From Gnetum montanum (Eukaryota; Plantae; Gnetophyta), in contig MNCI01000606.1 in assembly GCA_015680685.1 (NCBI GenBank), positions 51,134-115,133 on the forward strand: a DNA stretch of 64,000 nt, written 5' to 3'. Shown here in pieces: positions 12,702-26,193 of this stretch (its first letter is position 1; each line of letters opens with the position of its first letter). The notes beneath the pieces were generated by a model, which was given only the letters and a program-made list of their open reading frames with translations, was not told the origin of the DNA and made no database searches. The translations under genes and the position numbers were made by a program.

Positions 12702-15700
12702 CTAGACTAGAATAAAAGAAATTAGGTTTAAGAAGAATTGTAGAAAAGAAAATGTAAAATGTCAAAGCTAAACAATGTCAAAATACTGCACATTAAAAAT
12801 TTTATGATGTGCATCATTTCCTCAAGCTATATAAGCCATGAAAAAGGAAAGCTTAGCATAAAAGCTTTCATTTTAATTTGAGCACTTTAGCAAATGACTT
12901 GAGAGTAGAGTAGAAAATGATAGTGACAGTAAGCAACACACAAGTAATGATAAGTGGAAGTAGTAACAAGAAAGGATTTATAGGTGGGACCATTAGTAGT
13001 AGAGGACTATCTTAACCCTACTCACTCCTTTCCAAGGCTCAAATGTAAGTCACCCAAACTTGATTTGGGAATTTTGGTAGATGTTGAGAACATTCCTTTG
13101 GTTTGTCGTGATGAATATTTTTGGTTTTTGAGATATTATAAAAATTTAGCTAACAACTATAGCACTAGGGTGAGATTCAGCAAAAGATAGTAATTTGTAA
13201 GATTTTTGAGGCTTAATTTAAGGTTTTAGCTTCAATTTTGTTATGGAGATCAAGAATCCCAGGGTGTGACCTTGGTTTTAAGGATTTTGGAAAAGTTTGA
13301 TATATTTGGAACTAGAAATTAAATGCATGTATTTGCATGTCAAATCTATGATTCCTATATAAGAAAATGCATCATTGATCTAAGGCTTTTAGCATATTTG
13401 CAACCTGGATGCAAAATGAAAATGCAATTTTACATCACTATTTTAGTGAATAGCAAAAAATGATATTAGGGTAGGAAAATTAATAGTTTTTAAGGTAGTT
13501 TTAGTTAAATCTAGTTGATTTTCTGACTTTAGTAAGTAGAGATAAGCATGTATCAATATTTTCATGATAAAATTCACAATCGCTCTTGTGAATGCTAAGG
13601 AAATGTGGATTTGGAGGTCTTTTTTCATGAAGAACGTGATGTGAAGAAATTGATTTAGCTTTGTTCTGTTAACAGTTAAGTATTCATCATGAGGTTTTAA
13701 TGTGAGGAATAACACATTATGTCAGAACATTATTAATGTTGAACATCAAAGTTTTGTTGTTAGACTTCTACGCATCAAATTAAAATTCTAAAGATATTTT
13801 AATGTAGATGTTGTTGTGAAGTAAAAGTTAATAACATTTTGACATGTAACATCAAAATATAATTTATAATTCTTATTGTATAATTTGACATGAAAAATTA
13901 TGTTTTCAATGCTAAGGGATTTTGACTTATTTTATTTATGTAGGGTTACAATAGCACCTAACTTTTAATTTTGAGCTTATGTTCTTTCTCCTTGTAGATG
14001 AAAGAAGTGTTTTAGAGAATAAGCAGAGAAATCTAGGGTCCATCAAGAGTAAGCCTCTCTTTTATTATACCTCATTGATGTCATAAAAGTTATGGGCTTG
14101 CTAGGGAGCTATAGAGTTCCTAAAATTTTGGATTAGCCACTTTGATATGATGATATGGAAAGGCTTAGGAGAAAAAGTTGGTCTATGAGTTTTGGAGGGA
14201 TTTATACCAGGATTTCCTACACATCTCATAGATATCATTTATGAAAAAAGATTTGAGACTGAGGAGCTATCTCTGGACATCTTGGTCTATAGGATATATT
14301 TGGATAAGTTATCAAAAAGAAGGGAGTATCAGTAGTTTAGTGTGAACAACACATTACTCTTGAAAAATCAAACTTCTTAAGCAATGTCTAATCCTCTAGA
14401 TATTCAATTCTTTTTTAAAGGTAAGTTAAAATTTTTTAAAATGAAAAGAGATTTCAAGTTAGCTTTATTTTCATTCAAACTAACTTTGATTTGGTCATGT
14501 AGGTTTATTGACTTGGACATATAGGATTCTAATCATTTAGCTTTTTTTGTAAAATCCCTTGTGAGATCTTTCCTAGTATCAAAGTTGATAACCTTAGGTG
14601 ATGTTGCATTTTAATACATAGTACAAGGGTTTTAGGCTCCATAGATTTTGAAGTGAGCATGACAACTAGATATTGATTCTCCCTTTATGAGGTGAAACCC
14701 ATGGTGAGAATGTAGAATGACTAAAGGAATCAAGGATTATCTTGATACCTAAAAATAAGTATTAAGTATACACTCTTTTTTAAGTAATAATTAAGATTGA
14801 GAGATTTTACTAATAGTTATATATACTTATTATAGCTCAAATAAGCATTGATAACATAAAATTGATTGATGTCACTAGCCTAGCATGAGTTCAAAGTTAG
14901 ATTCACTAGTGAAGCATAAAGTGGTCAAAAGTGATTTTTTGAAGGTGAAAGCATCAAATTTTTTAATAAGTTTGATAGGTTGGGAATTTTCTTTACTTTG
15001 GGTTTGAAGCATTTCTATCATAGTGTAGTAGAGTGTGTCAAGTTAATAAGATCTACTCAATAGAAAAGGTTGCCTTTGTAGTTCAAGTAGACCAAAAGCA
15101 AGTCATCATTACTTAGGACTTAGCTACATTGAGATATTATTACGGCTTCATAGAGTAAGAAATAAAGAGTAACAACTAAAAGTTAAATTCAGTATAGCTA
15201 TTAGTCATGGAAGAATGGGTTAGTTTAGAAAAAAGGAATGTCATAAATGTTTACAAAGGGATCTACAAATACTTGAAATAGATATTTCCCTTATTTTTTT
15301 GATAGGCTTTTTTGCAATAAAATTGGTTAGAAATGGAAGTTGGCTTCCAGGAAGTTGTACAAGTTATATTGGGCTATGTTCCAAGAAAAGGTAGCCAATT
15401 GGATACCAGTAATTTCTTAATGGTAAGTCGAAGTGATGGAGAAGCTACCCTAAAGGGACAAGAAGGGAAAGAAGAAGATAGTAAGAAAAAGGCTCAATTT
15501 TGGGTTTTATTATGGTTTCATAAGAGTAATGATAACTTTATTTATGAGAGGCTAGGAGAAGCAATTAGATGTTGCTTCAGAGGCAAACTTCAAGCCTCCA
15601 TTATGTTAACAATTAGGGAGTTTGATATCTGTGTATACTATTAGTGGCGGGGGTTTTTTCACATCAGTGTTAAAGACTAGGAACAAGGTGACTTCTTCAA

Positions 15701-18295
15701 TTTCTAAGAGCATTAAAGAGCCAAAGAGGAAAATGAGCAATGACACAAAAGCAATGAAGGAGGACATTTTGAAAAGCATATTTGGAACTACTGAAAAGTG
15801 GAGGGCTTCTAGGAAGAGAAAATATCTTGCATAGGAGGACGACATATCCTTAAAGACTTCCAAAATAAAGATCTTATATGAGAAGCTATAGGAAAACATG
15901 AGTATTTCTTTTTATTAACTTGCATTTCACATTTTTTCTTTTTCACTTAGGTATAATTGATGTGATGTATTTTTTAGTATTGATTCCAATAAACTATGAT
16001 GTAATGTTAACACTTTGCTTAAATTTTTTAGAGCTTTCTCAAGAAAAGAGAGCTTTGGAACCTAAAGTAAAAAGGCTACATTTTGGTCTTCTTTATATCC
16101 TTTGGGAATAGAAGGAAGGTATAAGAAAATAAGAGTTACCTTTTTTGACTAACCTTCTTTCATTAGAGGAAAGAAAAGAAGGAGATAAAGAAATTTTAAG
16201 TTTTTTTTCTAACCTTTTTAGTTTAAACCTCAATAAAACAAGCAAGAAAGAGCAGGAAATCTAGGAGAGTAAAAGGGATGAGCTTCCAAAAATGAAGATT
16301 CCTTCTCCACATACTATTGATGTCACTTCTCTAGTAAGACAAATAATTTTAAAAAATTTAGAGGTTTGTAAATGGATTAAGGAAGTGATGAGCTCCTAAA
16401 TCTTCACATCATATGGTAACTTTCTTTTGATGTTGCATCAAAAGATTATATGTAGTTTACAGACATAAAACATAAATTAAAAAAAAAATTCTTCTCTAGA
16501 AATGAAAAATAAAATATAGACTTGCATCAAGGACAAGCAATTGATATTGGGTGGTCTGGCTGAGGACAAGGAGGGAAAGTTAAACTTAATCTCTCTAGGA
16601 GAAGGTAAATAGACTTAATATTGTTGTCAATTGAATTATGCCTAATGTTAGTAGTATAACATCTATCATCCTCTCTTTATCATGAAAAAATAAAATCAAA
16701 GTTAAATAAGGATTAGGTAACATTCCATGATCTAGCAATAAATATTAACATTGTGGAAAAAGGCATAGGTATAAGAAAAATAAGTGTGACTCTTAATTTT
16801 TCTAACGACAAGGAAGTATTAGCCATTGCTAAGGCTAATACAAATGCCATACTCTTAGATTTATTGGAGCAAGCACAAAAGAAGAAAGAAGAAAGTAAGA
16901 GGCAAATATAGATGTTGTCTGACTATGTGGAGCTCCTTGAGGCTAAGCTAAAAGATAGCAACATAGTTGGATACAACCCTCCTCCATATGCATTTTGGCG
17001 AGAGAAGAATAAAGCCATAGAATTACAAAGAGCTTTGATGGAGTGAAAAATATCAACACTAGTCATAACATGATCCATAACCAGCTTAAGAAATTCCGTA
17101 GTCGCATGGAAGATTTAGGGTAGAAAGTATTAGATCAATGAGTGGTGGTATGAGAGAGAATATTACAAACTATTAAAAGAAAATAAAGGCTTCTACATAG
17201 ATAGAAAAATAAGAAGTCTATTTATTAAATAAAATAAGTATTTATTTAAAAATTTTGCCAATAGTATGGTGATTACCATATTAGAGGAATAATATAAGGA
17301 ACCTACAAAAGTAGGGGAAGATGATGATATCTCCCTAGAATAATTGAAGACTTATGAATACTAATGAGCCAACATTATATCAAAGATTCCAAGTTTAGCA
17401 TTTAACGTACTAGATATGGCTAATCTAAGCTTGGAGGAGAGATCTTAGGGAGATGTATAGAGATACATAGGCTAAGTACCAAGATCTTAGGGAGTTAGTT
17501 TATTTTATCTTATAAGATAATAAAATAAAACTAACAACCTATTTTATTTTTATTTTCTAATGCAAATTTTAGTAAGAGTAACTAGGGACTAGTGGTTGAA
17601 CCAACTCTTATGCAAGTTGATGAAGAAGAGACTGAGGAAGCTACTAGGGACAACAAATAAAGCATGTAATGTCATGCTCTTCATATATTAATTTTTTGCA
17701 TCATTTTTGTATGATGTAGAAAACATATTCTTTATAAAACATCATGTAAATGAAATTTTAAAAAATAATGTGCAATGTCAAATGTTATGACGTGCACTAT
17801 CTGTAAAATGTTTTTAAGATAATCAAATTTGCCATTTTCAATTAACTAATCATTGTGTGTCATGATAGTTGTGACAATGACGTGATGTAATAGGCCTAAG
17901 TAATCTCTTGTTATTTAATATTTCTTGTTAATAATAAGTAATAAATAATGAAAAATAATAATAAAGTTTTAATGGCATCCTAATAGGTGTTAGTAGATGT
18001 GCACTACTTAGAAGAATCAGAAAACAAATGATCAAGTGCTTGACACTAAGAGTAAGTGTAAATGATGTTTGTAAATAACATGCAACATCAAATTCTATGA
18101 TACACACTAATTATGATAATTTTGTAATACAATATTATCATTTTCTATTAACCATCATTGTGTGTCATGACAATTATGAAAATGGTACAATGTATTAACG
18201 TTGTATAATCATATACTATGTCATTATCTAATAATAGTAAATAACAAGAATGAAAGGGTGAAAAACTATCTAATTGGCACTAATAGATTTCTACC
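12702..18295 (-). other. Putative Ogre-type intron between protease and RT of T1
   Basis: Acceptor tttcttttattctagtctAG|GTGAATATGG at 12702. Protease-side coding ends near 18300. The donor position is uncertain. Confidence 0.55.
13940..17660 (+). pseudogene. Decayed multi-exon ORF antisense to T1, nested in the PROT-RT intron; product unknown (C-terminal coiled coil)
   Basis: Purine-rich coding-like blocks on + (ORFs 15333-15644, 15622-15834; LLEQAQKKKEESKRQ near 16855-16910) separated by short T-rich GT..AG segments (gtaagcc ~14049, ag|gtaagt 14421..tgtag 14501, tatag 14835). Confidence 0.45.
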
Positions 18296-18339
18296 ACATA
18301 GGAAAAGTGGAAAAAAATAAATGAAATATTTCAAAAGGT

Positions 18340-19440
18340 CATGTATCTAATGCTATTGTATCAGGAATGAACTTTTGTGTAGTTGCATGAGAAGGATAAA
18401 GGGGAACCTTTTCCTTAATAAAGGATATGTCAAGTTTTTGAAAGCCTAGGTTAATAAACCCAATATTGGAGATAGACTCATTGTTTAGGTCCATCAAGTC
18501 TTTAGTATTTTTGGAAATATTATATGGGGTGGTAACTATAGATTTATGCATAGGTTCAATGTTAATATTAGCTAGTTTACCACTAAGCTGATAAGGTCAT
18601 GCCAATCTATGCAAGGGATACTTAAGATCTATGTATTAGCTAATATGATTATCTCATGGTTTTAGAAGGTAAAGTGAATTTCTTTATACATAGGAGATGA
18701 TATTGCACAATGTTGAGCTAGCCAAAGATGTATTAGTATCTCATTCACACCTAGATATTCACTATGATCATGAAATGAACTTCAAACTATACAAATTCAC
18801 CTATCATGAATGATAACCTAATGGAACTTATAACTTATCCTCACATAACATTAAAGGGAAAAAAGTAGTATAAGTTTCATTAATAGTCATCTGATCAAGA
18901 AGACCAAAATGCTTGATAATAGCCCATGTGATCATGTTAGATCTAGCAAAATCATTAACATGTATTAGTGAGATTGAAGCATTAGGTGATACTTTGATGA
19001 TAATGTAGAGTGGTAGCTTATAGATATCTCTTGTCTTCAAATTAGTTTTTATTTTCTCACCTTGGAGGTTCAAATTATCTAATCCATGATGAAAGACTTA
19101 AAGAAAGAATGATATAATCTTTGTTTGAGTTGAAATATTACTTGGGATCATAATTCTCTTAATAAAATCATATAAAGTAACATGATTCTCTTTATATATT
19201 TCTATGAGATCATATAAGGACAAGTTAGTTCTTTTGGAATGGACTAGAGTTGTCATTTGTGGTAGGAGCTCATCATCTATTAATTGAGATGATCATGAAG
19301 AAAGTGCCACTATAACTAGTTTTATAGTATTAAATGAAGGTGAGAGGCTACTTGAAGGAATAGGTTCCTAATATGGCTTGAAAAAAATCTTTATTGATGT
19401 TTTAGAAGTTTTCTTAGGTGCATTAGTAACTTTCTCCATA
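18340..19440 (-). pseudogene. Gag C-terminal linker and aspartic protease of T1, truncated upstream
   Basis: PLYIIIKV..IHVNDFARSNMI (degenerate VDxGS motif, ORF 18828-19073) followed by a degenerate 'LW..QH.AISS.MY..IHF' block; SLYDLIEI linker near 19200-19225. Confidence 0.6.
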
Positions 19441-19449
19441 TGTTTGCCT

Positions 19450-19960
19450 ATTTATAGGAACGATTGGAGTACAAAACTTAATGATGCTATGTGGGCTTAT
19501 AGTTCAACTTGGAAGCTTCCTATTAGCTATTCTCCCTATGAGTTAGTCTATGGAAAACTTCCAACACTTCCAATCCAATCTGAGCTTTGTACACTCTCAA
19601 CAGCCTATGATTTAAACCTTGGCCTACGTCTAGCACAGAAAGAAAGATTAATCAACTTGAACATGTTAGATGAAAAGTAATTAGTGGCCCTATCCTTGAA
19701 TGAGGTAAATAAGGCATTCAATAAGCAATGTCATGACCTTAGAATTAGAAAAGTAAAAGTTCAACTAGGAGATAAGGTTCTCTACCAGAACCCCACACAT
19801 GTACGCCAAAAGACAAAATTTCAGACATTGCAAGAGGAACCTTGTATAATTGATCAAACCTTTTCCTCTGGAGCTATGATAATTTATAAACCTAATAGCC
19901 CAAATAAAAATTAGTTGGCCAGCCTCCAACAAGTAAAGCCTTTCCTAGAACTAAGACAAG
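19450..19960 (+). pseudogene. Integrase C-terminal half (Athila-like)
   Basis: ORFs 19378-19680 and 19684-19914: ERLINLNMLDE..HDLRIRK..GDKVL..degenerate GPY/F module. Confidence 0.85.
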
Positions 19961-20629
19961 CCAATGTAACTACTGCCTCAATGGAAGGACAACCACGTTC
20001 TATTTGTTGGATCTCCTCCTTCTAACTCAATTGTGGGGGAAATTGGCTCTCATTTTTTCTACTTTTTTTTCATGTTTTTGATTTTTACAAATTCTTGATT
20101 TTTCAATTTTTCTAATTTTACACCATCTTTAGTACTTTTGAACTTTCTTGACTATTTTACATTTTCTTATATATTTTACTTTTTTTGGTTTGATTTAAGT
20201 GTGATATTTCCTCATTTTTTTCTAATAAAAACTACTTTATTGTCACAAAACATAGTGTTTTTGTTGATGTTTACTAATAATGGTTTGTGCTTAATGTGTG
20301 ATTGTTGATGTCTAGTTTCTATTTTTGAATTCTAGTGTCTAATGACTTTGACATGGTTTATTTTTCATGGAATAGGTAGTGAGTCCATGTCATCTATCCA
20401 TCCAAAGAACCCTATGGTTTTCCTTATTCTGGGAACTAAAGGTCCCATCCATTAAGAAACTTTTAATCAATTGTTGACCTTAGTAGTTCCATAATTAGGA
20501 AGGATTCAAAGGTTTGTAAAGGGTGTGACTTCAAGGGGACTCATTACTCTTTTACTTGCTTGAGTGCTTGAGTGTTTTTCACAAAATTCTTTCCATTCCA
20601 CACCAACCACTAATAGGAAGTCTAATGAT

Positions 20630-20880
20630 GTCATTGCATGGTGTGGTTTCCATTCAAAAAAAATGAAAAAAAAATTAATGGGAATTCAAAGCACACCCCT
20701 TCAACATGAATAAGTTCTTGCATGGTGTGATTCCCATTCAAACAAGGAAAAAAAAAACAATGAAAATTCAAAGCACACTCCTTCGACATGAATAAGTCCT
20801 TGCATGGTGTGATTCCCATTTCAAAAAAAAGATGAAAAAATCAAAACAATGAGAATTCAAAACATACCCCTTGGACAAAA
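20630..20880 (+). repeat. ~85 bp tandem repeat (x3) in the post-integrase UTR of D
   Basis: gcatggtgtgattcccattcaaa(A-run)..aattcaaagcacaccccttcaacatgaataagt repeated. Confidence 0.8.
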
Positions 20881-22187
20881 AAAATGGGTTACAAGCACTA
20901 GTTATGGAACTTGAACAGTGTGCACCTATGCTTGAAGGTCCCCTCTAACTAAGGCCCTCTCTCTCACTTCCTACTTCTCTTTTCTTCCCCTTGTGGAATG
21001 GTGGTTTTTTTGTGAAAGCATTCTTGTGTCTCAAGTGGGTGAATCAGTCTTAGAGTGGTGATGCGAAGTCACTGAAAGTGGATGGCTTGGATCTAGACTG
21101 AGGATGGAACTTCTTAGGTCGTTTTAACCACAAATTCCACAAAAGACTTCTTATGACCTCAATTTGAAACTTCCTTCCACATTCTCTATCATCCATCCAT
21201 GCTACCATAACTCACCTCACTACTGGGTTCTATGTTATGCTCTATGTCTTGTTCTAATGTGTTGGGATTCTTGAGTAGATTTTTTTGGGTTGGTCTTCAA
21301 ACTTTGCATGACCATTAATTGACTATGGGGCCCATGGACTCTTCAATTAAGGTTATGTAAGGGCAAAATGGGCATGACCCTACTATGAGGAGGATCCACT
21401 TACATAGCTCTTGGCTTGGTTAGTTAAGATTTCTTACCTTTGACATCCCTACAATCCTATCTTCAGTGCTCCTTAATCTTTCATTTCATTCATCCACTAA
21501 GTCAATTTTTCTCCTTTTTCCAAAATTTATGAGCTTCAACACCCTCTTCTCATGCTTTCATACTATTTCTTGATCTTCTAAGCTTCCATTTGATCCTAAT
21601 TTCATCCATAAATTCCTTATATTTTAAAATTTTGATCAACTCAATGATGATCATTGACAACGTTAACGAGGCCTCACTGACACAGCTGACCATGTCGACA
21701 AGGCCTCATCGATGTAGTGCTTAGATCCTATATATACCATCAGACACTTTGGAATTTTCTGCAAATTACTCATAACACACATGGAATTTTTGTAATTTTT
21801 CAAAGCCTAAAACCTTCCAAAGCTTATAACTTCCCAACTGTTTGTCCAATGTTTTTTTATCTTGCACTTACCAAAGGTTACATCTTTATCATGGGGGTCA
21901 CAAACCTTAACGTTTCCAATGAAAAATTGTTGAAAATTTTTTCTAACTCCCCTAAGGATTACTAACATTAACCACATATAAACATTAATGTTTTCAAGGG
22001 TTAACCCCTCCAACAACCTCCAAGATGAATTATTCAAAATAACACATAAAATAAATAATAATTGGGTTAATTAAATCAACCATAATCACAGCTTAGCCAA
22101 AGCATAAGCATCCTTAAGAGATAAGATATCCCAATTTTTTTAAGGTTGCACAATGATTGCTAATCCATGGTTCTATTGTGATTATAG

Positions 22188-24800
22188 ATGGCACCCAAAC
22201 AAAAACATCTATAGGAAGTAGAACCCTCACAACCATGGGAGAAATGACCCAGAGCTAGAAGGGGCTAGAAAAAACAAGGCTAAGAACTACCAAAGGTGAC
22301 CCATGCAATGAGACCTCTTTAGGAGAAGCCCAAAGTGGAATCTGTCTAATAGATTCTAGAGGAAGAAGTGCCAACTGAATAATCACAATGAGGAGAAGTG
22401 CCTCAACCCACACCAAGGCTTGAGGTCACGTTAACTCAAGCCTGACTAGACATCATTCAATCCTGAGACATTCAAAGATCAGTTCTTGAAGAGATCAACT
22501 TCGGGCCATTTCTGGAGAAAGTTCTAGAGGATGTCAAGACATAACTATAGACCTCTCCCATGTGGCCAGTCATCACATCCAGTGTGGAATGGTACATGGG
22601 AGAGACCTATCTCTTCTAGAGTACTTGAAAGCTGGGATTCATTGTCAAGATCAAGGACTTTCTCCACTTGAGCATGCACTTCTCTAAGCAAGAAGTTCCC
22701 TATTAACCTTCCACAATTACTATACTTGGATATTGAGAAATGTTTCAAAGGAAATGAACATGGAAGGAAGACCCTGCCCTTTCCATGCCTCATCAGAAAA
22801 TTTTGCAAAAGGGAAGGAATTGTTCACTACTCTAACAACACTCTCAAACATGCTCCCTTGGCCTCATGGACAGAAATCATGAAGGATAAAATGCTAGAAA
22901 CAACTCAAGAAGAGGAGATATCACCACCACCACCCACTCAGGAAATAACATTGGAGGCCCATGCAATCCTTAAGTATCTACATCAAATCCAAGAATAGCT
23001 CTTGAGAAAACAAGAGCAACAAGTAGGAACAAGTGGGGTAGATCCATTTGTGTACTAGCTAGCAATGAGCCACCTTAATGAGGTGGCCTAAACAATTAGC
23101 CATATGGAGGGAGGTGGTCCCATTTTCTCTACCCAAAGAATGCAGCTACCTTCGAGGTTAGATTCCAACACTTAAGAGGTGACGATGTCACTAGAAACAC
23201 ATCATCTATTTCTAGAAATCTTTGAGAATTCCACCACTTTCTCAGTGATGTTGAAGGAAGGAAAAGAGGAAACTATCTTGGTGATGCATCATCAAGGGCA
23301 TGAGATAGTAGCATAAGTGGTTGCTGAGCATGTATAAAAATCATTAAACACACCTACAATGTCTATACCAGACATATCTACACTTCAAGATGTACAAATA
23401 TCTATAGGCATGATTAGTGAAAAATTGAACGTAGCCCAGCATGAATAGTTGCTGGAATGGATGGTAAGAACTGGGAAATCAACTTTGAACATCTTTGATC
23501 TTCCAAAAAAAATTAGCATAACTTAGTTGGAGCTACTGAATGGGGCAAATGTATTATTTTGGAAGGGCAACTAGAAATGACCTTAGAGAAAAATCAACAC
23601 TTGGTCGTGGAGGTTGCTAAACTTCATGCCGGACTTGCAGAACAAGCAATTCTTAGCCCAGCAATGACAAGGGATGAAGCTATCAAATAGCTTCAAGAAT
23701 AATTTTAGAAGGCTAAGGAGGAGGTAGTGATGGCCATCTTTAAATAGTCCATAGCTAAAGCCAAAATGTACTCAATTAAAAAAGACTTGAATTAGATGTG
23801 CCATGAGAATGAAGCATTGACCGCACAAAATCATTGCCTATGAAATGTTGATGTGCAGAAAGATCAAATGCAAGAATTCATTCATCAATAGTAGTAGTAG
23901 CCTAGTAAGGTAAATACTAAACTAAGGAAATTGGCTACAAAAAACCACAATCTGTCAATGGAGGAGGTACATGCCTTATGTTGAAAGTCTGACATTGAGA
24001 TCGCCACTTGAAAGAATGAAGCACTCAAATTTGAGAAAGTGAAAAATCACTACAGGGACTAGGTCAGTTTACAAAAGGAAGTAAATGAAAAACAAATCTA
24101 GATGGCAAAGGTGAAACTTAATGAAGCCTTCCAACAACTCCAGCAAGGAAGAGAGATGTGGAAACCCATCATTGATGAGATCAATGCCTACAACAAAGCA
24201 AAGATACACTTAAAGGAGTTGCAAATCAAAGAGATGATAGAGTATATGGAGTTGGCCAATCTCCATTATGCAAACCTAGCAATGCTGACTGCCAGATTAC
24301 CACGGTCACAATTGGACAAATAAGTGGCTAGCTCATATATGTTATACAAGGTAGATTTTAAACATCACAAAGACACCAAGTAGAAGCTTGAGATTGCAAA
24401 CGCTAAACTTGAAGTTCTCAGAGGACAATTCAAAGATCAATAATCTATCACCAAGTATCTAGCTAAATGAATAAATGACTACCAAGAGTTGAAGAACCTA
24501 GTCAAGGTGTTTAACATCGAACGCAAATAGTTCATTTCTTAGGTCATCAATGCGAAGGAGTTATTTCTAGCAATCCTGTGTCCTTAGGATGTGTTTGTTC
24601 TAACCCACATTAGGGAAGCTGCGTGGACAATGCATGATCCCTAGACTAAGAAAGAAAAAATGAAAGCACTGCTAGATGCTTTCTACCTTCCACTTGAATT
24701 CATAGTAGTAGCAAGACAACCACAGCCACCTCAACCAATGTGGGAAGTCAATGAAGGTCCCTTGGACCCTCAAGAACCACCACTGCATGAGATGGTTTGA
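22188..24800 (+). pseudogene. Decayed Athila-type ORF2 ('env-like') with a long coiled-coil C-terminus
   Basis: attatAG|ATGGCACCCAAA start; TLPFPCLIRKFC (22726-22998); coiled coil 23560-24520; homologous to 26382-29100. Confidence 0.75.
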
Positions 24801-25038
24801 TCTTTCCAACAAGCTTCACATCATCAAGGAACATGTTGTCCAACTTTGAAGAGTTGAATCATGATGTTCAATTTTGTCCTAAAAACCTTCATTTTTTGAA
24901 ATGTGCTAATCTGTACACTCCATTTTTTTGTCAAGTTAGTCAGTTTGTTTTGTGTGAAGAAAAGTTAGTCAATAATTACATACCTTCCCAATTTTATAAC
25001 AAAAATCGAGGACAAGTTTTCATTTAGTCGTGAGGTTA

Positions 25039-25965
25039 TGCTGAGTCGTGTTAAGTTGGCTGCATCAATGAGGCCTCATCAATGTGGCCTCATTGATGAG
25101 GCCTAGTCAACACATCTTACCATGCATCAACGAGGCCCCATCAATGTAGTGTCATGTGTTAGCTATAAATATGTGCTTACAGTTGCATTTATGGCATAAG
25201 AAGATTGTAGTTGCAGTGAAGCTCTTGCATTTTTTCCATTTCAAAGTTAGAATTTTTCTCCCAAGTGCCCATAGCAGGAGTCATTGAGTGTATGGATCTT
25301 TATTCAAACATTGTTGTACCTAAGCATAACAATGTGTGTAGCAATAAAGACAAGCTTTCTGATAAACCTTGCAGCACTTTGGATAGATTAGTTATTTCAT
25401 TTATGCATTTAATGTTTTCAGTTATTTGTTAAATGTTTTCAATTATTTCATTTATATATTTTCTAGCACTTGAGTTAATGAAGTAATTAAGCTAGATAGA
25501 TTAAATACATAAGTACAGTTGTTTGAGTATAACACGTATTCACTTGGTAATCCCAGCAGCATTATTGCTTGGTATGCCTAGTAGCGTAACCCTTCGTCAC
25601 GTAGCAATGGATATGTGGGTTTAGGACATGTACAAAAATTGGGAACAGATACTTATGTTAAGATTAGTTAAATGATTATTTAATTAGTTAATTTAGATTA
25701 GTTAATCAAATTATTTTTTATCTACATTTCAAGCACCCAACTATAAAACATAAAAATCATAAAAATCAAATGCCTCAATTACGCTTAACCATACCAATGG
25801 ATGTCACAAGTGTAATTGGAAAGACAACGATTGATCTTAAGGCTAAATTCACTTCCTAAAGGATTAGTGCACTGGAAACGACAAAGTCCATGAAATTCGA
25901 CTAAGTTGCACATGAATGCTTCGTGATTCATATGGTTGGGCATAGGGGTACCTCACCACTCATCA
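25039..25965 (+). repeat. 3' LTR of D
   Basis: TGCTGAGTC...CACTCATCA termini, CTATAAAT at ~25163; its ends match the reverse complement of 33686-34556. Confidence 0.85.
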
Positions 25966-26193
25966 ACTAGGGATAATAGAATTGGGAATCAACAATCTAT
26001 GAAAAAGCTAACTGAAAACTAAAAACTAAACTATATCCCAACCATGCATCCAAGTGTTGTATTTATAGGCTAACATGGAGGAGATGATATCAGATATCTA
26101 ACATCATTTTCTGGGGCTTGATATCACATATCCAATATTAGGGCCTCAATATCAGATATTTGATATCAAGGTTGACATAATCATGACTTATCA
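25966..26193 (-). repeat. Remaining part of the 3' LTR of E, cut by D
   Basis: Aligns to 34340-34556 (gaattgggaatcaacaatctatgaaa...cataatcatgact.atca). Confidence 0.88.

Larger units (their letters stand above)
19450..25965 (+). mobile_element. Element D: 5'-truncated Athila-like Gypsy element (INT C-terminus, long UTR, ORF2, PPT, 3' LTR)
   Basis: Integrase DWSTKLNDAMWAY..SPYELVYGK, then ORF2 22188-24800 and LTR TG..CA 25039-25965. Confidence 0.8.
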
